Source of the DNA: Phoronis australis
Lineage: Eukaryota; Animalia; Phoronida
Direction: 5' to 3'
DNA: 64,000 nt
NCBI GenBank assembly: GCA_002633005.1
Contig: NMRA01000146.1
Span: 369,981-433,980 of the forward strand
The notes beneath the pieces were generated by a model that was not told the origin of the DNA, ran no database searches, and worked only from the letters and a program-made list of their open reading frames with translations. A program made the position numbers and the translations under genes. Shown piece by piece: positions 53,163 through 64,000 of this stretch; the first letter of the stretch is position 1, and each line of letters opens with the position of its first letter.

Positions 53163-53772
53163 CTACAATCAATCAAAACCATGTGCAGGCTCTTGAAATG
53201 CGAAACTTTTAAAAGTATTTCGAATAACACATTGCTTAAGTTTTCGTGGCCCCTAAAATTACCCAGATACCATTTGGCAGTTCGGGGGTGCGAACTGCTG
53301 ACCAGTATATACACAATGTCTAGACCTTGAACAAACCCGTTTTTTAGTAATACATGTAATGTTCACAGGCTCAAAAATTCGTGACACCCGCACCTACATT
53401 TTAGGCTGGGCGCGCGCATGTGGCGAAATTCTGGTTATTTCTACATGTATGTCGTGGCCGCCACTAACTCAAAATACGGGATCCACCCTTGCTATTGTCT
53501 CTCGTCGCTCAGTCGTTTTGACTATATTGCCACCCTTTGTATATCGAAAGTCTGTGACAGGCAAATGTCATTTGAGAGTCACCCCAGTTTTGCAACCCCA
53601 TAAACCACGTATCATCACAACGAAAAAGTGGGATTGTACTTCGAACACCTACATGTACCTACATGTGCCTACACGTAAAATATATTTTGAAGAATTTGCA
53701 GTTATTACACTTAGTGGTCAAACTACGTCTAGTTACATGAACCCAGTTAGTGGGTTTTGAATTTCTACTCAC

Positions 53773-53961
53773 TTTCGTGATATGGGTCACATGGGAATTC
53801 GTCTTTGCAGGCTGCAAACTGTTTGTACGAATCCGGGCAGTCGTCGCCCCCATTATCCGACGGCGGCGGGTTGGTGCAGGTTCGTTCTCTGCGTCGAATT
53901 CCCTTACCACAAGTTGTACTGCAACCGCCCCATTCAAGCCAATCTGACCACACACCATGAA
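53773..53961 (-). CDS. Thrombospondin type-1 repeat exon (phase 1-1), gene C
   Basis: Acceptor tttcttgaAG and donor GTgagt; 189 bp. HGVWSDWLEWGGCSTTCGKGIRRRERTCTNPPP..GGDDC...C....C. Confidence 0.95.
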
Positions 53962-54146
53962 CTTCAAGAAATGAGAGAGGACGTGTTACCGTATCTTAAT
54001 TAATCTACAGATAAAGTGTCTGCGTGCACGACACTCTTAAATAAGTCTTGTTTGAAGACTGAGGTTTGCAAAGCTTCTTGAACCTGACTTCTGCTAAACA
54101 CCACTAGAGATTCATACCGTCTCATACCCGTTCTTACATCTTCCCT

Positions 54147-55117
54147 AATAGGCGGATTTAGGAGGGCCNGGCTGCCGCAAAAAAAATAAAACACCAACAG
54201 CGTACGGAAATGTTGAGTTTATTAATTAACCCCGGTAATTAAAATTATACGGATGAAACAAGATTGAAATGTATACAGTTTCAGTGTTGGGGGGTCCAGA
54301 TCATATTTCAAGTGTCAAATTCGGAAAACGGCGCAATCGTTACGGAACTATGGCTAACTATAGGCTCTCCTGCGATATCCCAGGCGACCGGCAGTGGCTC
54401 TGCGCACTGCGACTCCGTTTCCGTCGTCTGCCCCACTGTGCAATGAAAAAAATTTACTTCATTTTTTAAAGAAAATGGAACCTGAGTGACGATGAAAAAA
54501 CAGAAGCTGCTGGTAAGATGTGAATTTCAATCGACGCCTGAGTGAATCACTCAAAAACTCATAATTCTCTCTTTGACAAACCTTACCTTAAGACGATTTC
54601 CAAACCAATCCCGTCATTTTTACCAACATGAAAAACGGATTTGGTCTTTTGGACATTTGAACATAATTTTAAATACAAACAAATTTGTTACGAACCGAGT
54701 TCACAAAATATAAAACATGTAATAAGCATTACAAAAAGAAATAAGTTTCGCGTGCATACGCTGTGGATCACAAACAAGTAGGTCTCGTAGTATCAGATTA
54801 GGATTTAAATCGTGATAGTGTAGTGGTAAAGCACGCGTGCTCTATCCACCAGGTCGTGAGCTCGAGTCTTTGGGATGTGCAGTTTTTCCTGTTTGACACG
54901 TTTTACTTTTTTGCTTTTTTTCTTGGATAATACTCCAGGAATCAAGCAAAACGCTTGATTTTTGGAGAAAAAACAGAAAAATTCCTTGGGCGGGAAGGGG
55001 GGCAAACCCCCCTCCCGACCTCCCCCCATTCGGTGGTATGCGCATCTACAATCGTGGGGTGCGCAAATGCTTACAGAAAAAATGTTGCCCCCTTGTGATA
55101 TCCTAGATCCGCCACTG
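54147..55117 (-). mobile_element. Second copy of the ~970 bp CAGTGGCGGAT element (inverted; contains an N at 54169)
   Basis: Reverse-complement colinear with 8608-9578; ends tcctagatccgccactg. Confidence 0.85.
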
Positions 55118-55309
55118 CGTCGGGGGTTTTCGTGGATGAATTCATGCAATTCATCACACTGCAAAATGGGTCCTTCCCCGTTGTTTTGGCGCTTCCTGGT
55201 TGACAGTTGGTGTGTCACCACTTGGCGACGCTAGTAGTAGCGGTAACGGCGAACTCACAAGTGAACTCTCCTATTCTACTACAATCCTTGGTTTCAGCTT
55301 AGGAGTTAA

Positions 55310-57450
55310 GAGACAGTCCATATAAAAACCAGTTGATTTTCAAAAATCAGTCTATACGTCAAAATTTAAAACAAATTCATTTTTGTACATGGGTAGGTAT
55401 CCTAAAATAAGCCCAAATGCCAAATTTTGTGCACTCAATGACCCCTAATTTCGCCGCTGGAGCATGATAACACAAATTGGCACAATTGGGCATATTAGCC
55501 GTCTCAAAAATCGCATGATTTCAGCAATAAAATGAGTAACATACAAAATAGATCAAAAGCTATATTTTGGTGGCTGAAATAACCAACGTATACTGTACAT
55601 AATTCTGTGCCAAAATCTGACAGTTTTGTGCTAGACATGGGAGATAACCCACAGACCACTTTTTGGGGCTAATTTTAGTGGCCATTTTTGTGACCTTCTT
55701 ACTGTCATAAAACACCTTTTAGCCTTATGTGACGTTTTGAACATACACTGTACAGTTAAAGAGTTAGTCTTGATGACTGAGCAATAAAAAATCTTGCCTC
55801 AACTTTGCACCTTAGTGAAAATTGTCTTGCAAAACTGTCTATTTTCATAGTTTGGAAATGACGAGCAGAGTTTACAGACCATTTGAACAAACATTTAGGC
55901 AACAAGTCTGCTTTAAATAGTTATAGAAACCAAGTCTAAACTCTTTCAAATGAAAACAAGATGTTTTCCGGGTTTATTACGCGGCTAGTATCAAACCTGA
56001 ACCCGATGACCTTTGCCCACTGAGGGAGTCAGTTGAGGTTAAACTTGAGGATATATAAAAAATGTACGTGTAACCCTATTGTATTCTTTCATTTCTTTTA
56101 CATTATCAGGTTAATTTAAACACTGTAGACATTTTAAATGTAAATAAATGCCTTTAAGATTAAACGAGAAAGAATTGATATTTGTAATGACTGGTTTTGA
56201 GAGAAGCAAGGGCATTTTAAAAAGACAAAATGGCGGACGATGTCGATGGGCCTTCATGTTCCTTGAGAGTTTATTCTGCAAAAAATCTGATCACAAAAGC
56301 TTTGTGCTTTAGTGAGTTATGTCAAAGACACCACTGAACATTTGAGATACAGGAAACTACCTCGCAAAGCAAGGCTTGTGCCAGAGTACGCACTCGTACT
56401 ACCCAGAGTCGGTGAATTTCTGACTGAACAGGACCAGTCATGGAAGAGGCAGGTAATGCTGGATGTTACCACTATGCTCCTCTCCTCCTGAACGTAACAG
56501 CCTTGTCAAATTCTACCGGCATTTCTGTTTCGAGATATGACTTTAGTGAAAGTCAGAATGGAAAGGATCTCTGTGATCGCAAGATCGCTCCACTCAAACA
56601 ACATGTAAAATACTTTGTAAACTTTCTGGATTTGAAATAAGCATTACTTTCCAGTGGCCGTGTGAAGGGATGTTATGTGCATGCATGTTCAGTCAATGCA
56701 ACAAAGTCTTTTCCAAAATACTCAGTTCCTGGTATAAGCACATTCCCAAATTCCCACTATTCCACCCAAGGAATTCGCGTGTGGAAATCATTCCATGTAG
56801 GTGACGGTAAGTTCTTACAAATACTGAGGAAATGGGAAACCTATTTCTCTAAAATACACTAACATCTCTAGACATGGCGGATTTTCAGCACCAAGAGTAA
56901 AGGTTGGCATTGTATCTTGTGAAGAGCCTCAACAATTGTTCCGTTGTACCCAGCAAGGTTACTCGAATTTTTTTGCTACAGACGCAGAACTAGGTCAGCA
57001 TTTGGGTGTGGGTAACCACACTGAACATTTAGAGAGGGAAACCACGTATGACCACATCACACGACAGTGGTCAGAAATGCTTTCAGATGCAAGAACTGGA
57101 GCGTCATTTGAAGCAGCCTCAGAGTACTATTTGGATGAGACGAATGCTGAAGCAATAGGTTAGGCATTGAAAAAAGGTAAAAGGTCAACAATATTTTCAG
57201 CAAAGGTCAAGAATTTTCTGACGAACATATTCGATGAAGGAGATAAGTCAGGTAAAAACGTTCACCCTCGGAAGTGTCAAAATGGAGAAAACATTACGAG
57301 AACCCACAGGTAAAGTGTTTACCTGTGATATTAAATGAATCGCAGATTGGTGGATTTTTCCGAGGTTGTCTGCAGCAATGTTTATGACGATGCAATTTCT
57401 GCTGAAGATGCTGTTATATCGTCAGATTTACTGAATGATGTGGTAAATGA
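55310..57450 (+). mobile_element. Sola3-like DNA transposon remnant
   Basis: TTAA|GAG left end; NAGCYH...YDFSESQNGKDLCDRK, a C2H2-like FRCTQQG..HLGVGNH, and a QIGGFF motif. No right terminus identified. Confidence 0.6.
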
Positions 57451-59379
57451 GCTCAGCGTTTAGCCTATTTTTGTGTCATACCAGTCAAAGATATGTGATA
57501 TATGAAGTCGAGACCTATACTTCTGATTACTTCATGTCTGTCATGAATGAGTCATTAATAAAATTGTCTCTCGTGAATTATTTTCTATTGACTGTGAATG
57601 TGTACCTTTTTATACCACTGATGATCACACTGACAGAAATATTCAGCGTTAGGGGGCCCGGTGTGTGGGGGAACACCAGATATCTGGCGACTGGTGGCGA
57701 CTAAAATGTGTAGCAACCAGCAGAGACGTTACAATATGAGCCCAAAGTTACAATGACTATTGACAAGTTGAAAGATTTTTTTGCACTGAACACTAGGGGG
57801 CCATATCCACCTTGGGTGCCTTCCTTTGCCTGTGGCACGAACAAGGCAGATAGATAACAAGGCAGGGGTGAGTTCAGTAACACTAGAACCTCTCTAAAAT
57901 TTATCCAAAACCACGTGTTCTCATTTAAAATGCAGGGCAATATCTCGCGAGTCTTGAATTACATGTATAGCAAGGTCCTCGTGTTACTGCTCTTATTCTA
58001 GATGCGTCTTCAGTCTCTACGTAAACAAAAGCATCGCCATCTATCATTTAGAACCACGCATGCCAGTTGATTTACGTTACATATTTTTTGTAATAAGCAA
58101 TAATCATCAATGCCGTTTTCAGAGAATGGTAATTAATAATACTGTCTGCCTTTTCTCCAAAATACAAGGTTTTTATGTCGTGTTTCGCAAGCTAATTATA
58201 TGTTCCAAGAGCCCCCTATCGGCAGCAGAGGCAACTGAGAACATGCAAAAGCACGAAGTGCAGTTCGTGTAATGCTTCGTACGCAAAGACTACATTAGAG
58301 GAAAGATTTTTTGTTTTAGATTGTGAACAGGTTAGGAATGACTAAACAAATTATTATCAAGTCAATTTCAGGAAAGGTGTGTTATGGCTGCTACAGAGTG
58401 CCAAATTTGGCCAAAAATGGCTTCAGTGAAACCCTGAAAAATAGTCGTTTTTGCCTCACAAATTCAAAACGTACAAATTTAAAAATGGATTTTGAAAGTT
58501 ACGCCATTAAATTATTCAGCCACTGCGCTTTCAATTCGTATTTTTCATTTGTTTTGACCTTACCACACATGTTAGTAAAATGCATTCAAACATGCCTACT
58601 TCGACGCCCAATTTTTTTGCAAAAGGGAGGTACAGGTCATAAAAAGAAAAATAATGAATGAAAATTCTTAAGAAGTGAAGTTTTTCTAAGAGTCAACAAA
58701 CCAAACTCATGTGCTAAGTTTCACAAAAATCGGTGATTTTACAGACAAAATGTTGGGCCCCCCTTGTGATATCCTAGATAAGCCTCAGTTTGAAAGTCAA
58801 TTGTGGTCCCGTTGTCTAATCTGTGTAATCGAAATGGAACGCGAAAATACTTTTTGTATTTTTCGATCCGTTATAATATTCTTTTGCGCAAGCTCCACAT
58901 TAGTGTTTATTATTCTGTACTCGATTACATTATGATTTTGCCGATGAGTCTCTAATTCAAGTTGGTGTGTGACGACACCAGCATTCAAACTCTAACTTGA
59001 GTTCGACACTGAACTCGAAATCTCCAGTCTTCAGCTCGTATCAAGTGCCCCCGTTCTTCAAAATACATGTATAAATACCTATTATATAAAATGCATCGTT
59101 TGCACAAACTCAGTCTCCCCCGTTCCACTACAGACCTTCGTTGTGCCCATTTCGGCACCTTGGTCCTAGGTATTGCACCGGCTCCCTGTTTGGATTCGAG
59201 GTGTTCTATTTTTTCTCGCGGACCGTTTTTTCGCAGACGCGGAGGTAGGATGGCCAGTTTCGTATTGGCTCAGTAGGCTCAAAGGCCTGGCTGACGTCAC
59301 TTCGTCGACTTAATTTCACTCCCTCTGGCTTCTGTCGCGTATATAATTCATCGGGTCTGTCGCCGCCAAATTTAATGAT

Positions 59380-59970
59380 GCCTCATTAAAAAAAATTTTA
59401 CTCTTCCTTGAGTAAACTACATTATTCACCCGGGTGTTGGAAAACTGGCCTTCTTCAGTCATTCTGCTCCTAAAATTGCGATGCGCTCTTTGGGCGCCAT
59501 TGCATCACCGATCGAGCAAAATTCCATGTTCTTCAATCAACTGTGGAGGTTGCGTAAATGTAATAACAATCGGAAGTGGTTTCATTTCGTTTCAAGTTTT
59601 TACTATTTTAATACCAAAAATAAAACAATTTCAGAAAATACTCTCGAGAGATATCTCAAAGTTTTGGGAAATGGCGCGTACGCGCGCGTGTCACGAGATT
59701 GCACTGTTTTCAAAACGACGGCAGATAGGATTTTCCTTTGTTACAAAAGGCGGAGAATTACGAAACATAAAGTTTATTAGATTTTGTTTACTTCTATAAA
59801 CGGCTGTAACGGGCACTGTGAATGTCGATTCATTCCCAGATTCTGCATGCACCCTTGCAGGTTCTTAGCTATAAGTTTCACGACGAGAGAACGAGGTAAG
59901 GACCCGGGTTGTGTGAAACGTCGGTGTCTAACGGAGCTCTACACTCGGCTACCTAGCTGACTGTATGTTG
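59380..59970 (+). repeat. Copy of the interspersed repeat also found at 15.0/18.8 kb and 20.3 kb
   Basis: Shared ttcttcaatcaactg, aatggcgcgt..cgtgtcacgag, ttcccaga.t.tgcatgcacc. Confidence 0.7.
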
Positions 59971-60051
59971 ACGACAGTCTTCATACATCTAGCTGGCTTT
60001 CTACCTCAGTAGGTACATGTAGATTCATGATGCAACGTTTGTAAATGCATC

Positions 60052-60212
60052 CAGGGGAGGATCCAGGATCTTGAGTTTGGGGGCACGGCAAATAGAGTAT
60101 TAGCCAGAATTTTGCCCTTCAGACATTCGCACTCCAGAACTGCCAAGTGGAAGCTGCGAGAATCTTATGGGGGGCCATGGACCTCCTTGGACCCCCTCTA
60201 AATGCGCCACTG
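60052..60212. mobile_element. Short CAG(G/T)GG-terminus MITE
   Basis: caggggaggatccagg...cccctctaaatgcgccactg. Confidence 0.55.
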
Positions 60213-61385
60213 ACTTCTATTTACTTTGTGCACTATACAATATTTTAAATGCTTTCTTAGTTTTCACTTTAAACTGAAGAATATCTGATTACCGTACTTT
60301 GCGTTACGGCAGGGTCAAATGTTCTGGACAGAAATTTGTACTGCCTAGGGTAAGAATCCCACAGCCGCACACCTTAATTGCCTACTAAAATGTGACAGGT
60401 GATAGAAATTCTGCTTGAAACTTTGAACACGGTCCATGTATCTTGCGATGAACACTTGATCGGTTCACTCTTAGGTGTACATGTAGCTATTTCCCCTCGG
60501 CGTTTACCACTAGCTGCTTCCCGTGCAAAAGCATGGGTAACGCCTAGTATAAATTAATTAGCGTTAATCATACTGTATTCAAGCACGGGATAGTAGGCAT
60601 TAACGCGGATTTCACTCAAAAGTACTACGGAAATTGTGAAAAACTTGGAGTTCACTTTTGAGCACATAGATTAGATTCCAGACTTTTCAGTACATAGATT
60701 AGATTTCAGACCCTGAGGTAGGGAAAACTGGAAGTCCTAATGACCAACATGGTCAAGTGGGCTTCAAGAGATCTCTCTCAAGCACTAACGAACTGCAACT
60801 ACCAAGCCAGTAGAGTACTTTTCTATCTCATGTGAAAATACTGTTAAGTTGTCAGAGAATGAGTAATCGGAGACATGGGAACATCTGCTACCCAGTTTCA
60901 CATTTCATATTTTTCTCTCTGCGGAGTTTGTCATGTACAGTATATACGTCAGGTTAAAGAGTTTCAAACCAACATTTTGGACTTGGTATCTACAATTTAG
61001 ACCACGATGAAATTCTGGGCCCAGTTGCATAAAATTTATAGGCTGCATAGCAAAAATGACGTCGCATTAACACGTGTCACGTTGTTATTGTTGAACACTG
61101 CACCTGACGTCATGCAACAATCAAACTTATCCAGCGGATAACTTTTGAAGCTTTATGCAGGCAACCCAGCCCTGGTGTATGCTGTTGCAGTAACTTAACA
61201 AGCGGCAGTTTAGGCGATTGTCACCGAATAATAAATTTGGTGACCTTCACAATTTTACACATTTACAGTAGTCAAAGACTAAAAAGCCATAATTAATACG
61301 TTAACGATCATAAATTAAAACTATATGGAAGACCTTTGACAAGCCATGAGTAAATGGTGTAGAAACTTTCACTGTAAGCAATTAC

Positions 61386-61709
61386 CCACAACTTTTAGAG
61401 TCGCCGAAACCGAGGCCGTGAAGGAAGGCTCTCGACTGTTCACCGCAGAACACGTGAACACTTCGTCAGCATGGTTCATATACCTCGTGAATGACAACAC
61501 CTTTTGTATATATGTCCCTCCGACTCGTCGTATGATGACCGTTGGTGTTGTTGAGTTAGCAAAATTGGACGAAAAATTTGCCCGTCCTCCTGGGTTTATT
61601 TTTCCCAGGCAGCGAATGGTTGCCTCGGTACCGTTGTTAACGATCACCTTGCCGTTAACAACACGTGAAACGGGGTCGTCGCTTTGAATGGACATGTCGT
61701 ATGGTCCAG
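61386..61709 (-). CDS. Ig-like domain exon (phase 1-1), gene C
   Basis: Acceptor tttttctgtAG and donor GTaatt; 324 bp open. NGTEATIRC...VFTCSAVNSR...ATLKVV. Confidence 0.9.
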
Positions 61710-63649
61710 CTACAGAAAAAAGGAGTATTGGTTGTGGCATTGCCGTGGTACAAGCTTAAGTCACACATACCATAGTTGCAAATTTTCTTGGAAATGATTA
61801 AATAGAGAATAGAAACTATAAATAGTTGTATTGATACAAGGATCATGAAATTAATAGTAGCAAAACACACTGCATCCCCTAGTCAGAAAAACTGCAGGGG
61901 TCGGTTGTACAAACGTAATGCGTTATATACAATGTAACAACAAGAACGTCCAATCATTAGGCGTTGAGTTGCCATTGTTGAACCTAGTATTTCAGTGACG
62001 TCATACAACGATCAAAACGTGTCCATCTGATAACTGAGTAAATTGAAAAGGTTATGTAATCCAACCTTGAAAATTAACTATAAAATAGACATTCAAATCA
62101 GTCGAATACAAATCCTTGAGTGTGCATTACGGGAAAACTTTCAGCGATAGAGAAAAACAGGACCCGTGAGATATTTTACTAGTCGAAGTATTAATGTAAA
62201 CTGAATGAAAATTAATAACAATTCTTGTTATTTGAAACCTAAAAGAACAACGATCTCAAGGGAAGGCCATGGATTATGACAAGCTCAATAACTGTCCGTG
62301 CATGGTTCGAATTACCCCGTGAGTGGCGCACTATACTCCAATCACTGAACTCAACCAAAATGCAAACGACGCGTCTTGAAATGTGGTAGTCATCCAGAAA
62401 ACAGGAGGTGAAGGATTTTCGTTGTTGGACGTTACAAAAACAGCTTGTTATGTCGTTTTAATGTTTCAACACGCACAGATATTTAAGTTCGTGATCGTTA
62501 AAAACAGAACTCTGCTGACTAAAGTAATGTGTGACATAAGGTAAAAAATCAAAGGCCACCTAACGATTTTCATTAGGAGCGATGGCCTTTCCTCTCTGAA
62601 GGAATAGCGAAGAAAATTACTGACGACTCACAACTAAAAAGAACAATACATGATGTATCAAGAAATGAAACAGATGACTGTCAGGTCATGAATAGACCAC
62701 ATGACGGAACTTGAAATGGTGAGAACACCAGTGACACCTTTGGGAAGAAAGAAGTTTTGCCTCGTGTCTGAAAGTAATTGTTTACAGACACGTTGCGGGT
62801 GTGAATCCAGCACTCGCAAAGCTAAGAACATTCGAGAATGAAAAAGGGGAGCAACGCAACTTAAAACGCGAGAAAGAGGTCCAACATGGTTTACAGGACC
62901 TCCAAATTTGCCCACAGGCTTGAGGACGGGTGGTCCAATTTACCAACACGCATGTTTTTCTGAAATGATCTCTGCATCTGTGGTCTATACCAAACACACC
63001 AAAGAACACTGACACTGCTTTACTTAGGTCGAGATGGAAACACGTGCTCGGATGTCGTCACACTCGAAAACGTCCTAACGGTGTTGTTTTCGGAGAAGTC
63101 TAAAATGGGCAGGACAAGAGGGCTATGTCGCGTAGGAAACCACAATATGCCAGAGTGTCAGAAAGTGCCATGGTACATGTTGATGGTGTAGCGATACTGT
63201 TGGATAGCAGTGAGCAAAAACGCGAACGTGTTTCCAGCACGACTGCAGACAGTGAGTCAATTCTCCATGCTGACATGGTGCCACAATAGTCGCTGATTGT
63301 GATTTGGGCTACGTATACCCGTCTTTTTAAACATTTTACTCAAGCACAGAATTACACGACGTGTGTTCTAAGTAAACCTGGGACTTAAACAACACTTAAT
63401 CAACTAGATTAGGCTCTACATATAACTCTCGTTGAGTGACAGGATTTCAGGCCATGTTTCGAAGTCAACCGGTTGAAGACGGGTGGTGTCACGATTGGCT
63501 ACACTTGGAACATACCTGACCTATCATAGCCGTAGGCTATAGCGGTAATGTGGCATGAATGTTATCGAGGACAACGGTAGAAAGCATCATGATAACTCAA
63601 TAGCGCATCTTTGCATTTAGTAAGCAAACGTATAGTGTATAACATTTAC

Positions 63650-63997
63650 CAGTGACATCCAATGTTCTTGATTTGGACGCTTTGATATCAGGTGCACGTG
63701 AATTGGTAGCAACACACTCTATGGTGCCAGCGTGATATTCATAAGTAATAAGTGCTGACGACGTTGCTTCGTTCATGTTGTCGAAGGCACGGAGGTCACG
63801 TGTTTGCAGATGATTCACTGCACTGTCCACCGTAACAAGCCTTATGTCAATGTCTGAGCCGATGTTGGCGACCCCTGACGTGCATGTCACTTTTAGCGTT
63901 GTGCCGTTGGTAACTACCACATCCTCATCCTCGCTGACTTCAGAGTATTGTCCGCGTAGTAATAAGTCAACCGTGTGAGGTCCTTTAGGCGGACCCG
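63650..63997 (-). CDS. Ig-like domain exon (phase 1-1), gene C
   Basis: tAG at the window edge and donor GTaaat; 348 bp open. GPPKGP...NGTTLKVTC...YHAGTIECVATNSR...TLDVT. Confidence 0.88.
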
Positions 63998-64000
63998 CTA

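Noticed and set aside
51898-53172. 424-aa ORF as a stand-alone gene or a dynein heavy-chain fragment
   Set aside because: It has no ATG start of its own and begins at a phase-1 acceptor; there are no AAA motifs or flanking dynein exons.
53773-63997. Calling gene C UNC5, hemicentin or nephrin
   Set aside because: The tail lacks ZU5/UPA/death domains, no FN3 is visible, and the Ig domains are too divergent to assign a symbol.

Overview
This is AT-rich, intron- and transposon-rich animal genomic DNA, most likely from a marine invertebrate (lophotrochozoan-like; inferred). It is not prokaryotic, so most short ORFs in the track are noise. Three split genes can be reconstructed from canonical splice sites. 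(1) A minus-strand receptor gene at 51.9-64 kb: Ig-like, Ig-like, TSP1, then one 1.27 kb terminal exon encoding a transmembrane helix, a helical region and a domain matching the dynein-stalk microtubule-binding (MTBD) consensus. This is the most unusual feature of the window. (2) A paralogous minus-strand multi-Ig gene at 1.3-14.9 kb, with an internal exon-plus-intron duplication. (3) A plus-strand gene at 25.3-31.8 kb with an EMI half-domain exon, two sushi/CCP exons, a truncated CCP mini-exon and a GPI/TM-like end. The rest is transposon debris: an internally deleted BEL/Pao LTR element with TSD and tRNA-His PBS, a THAP-bearing Kolobok, Academ-like and Sola3-like transposase remnants, LINE fragments, solo LTRs, MITEs/foldbacks and tRNA-derived SINE heads. 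A 1.8 kb duplication across an N looks like an assembly artefact, but it shows TACATGTA arising as a 6-bp insertion, consistent with a Tc1/mariner-type excision footprint. All family assignments come from motif recognition by eye; no database searches were run.
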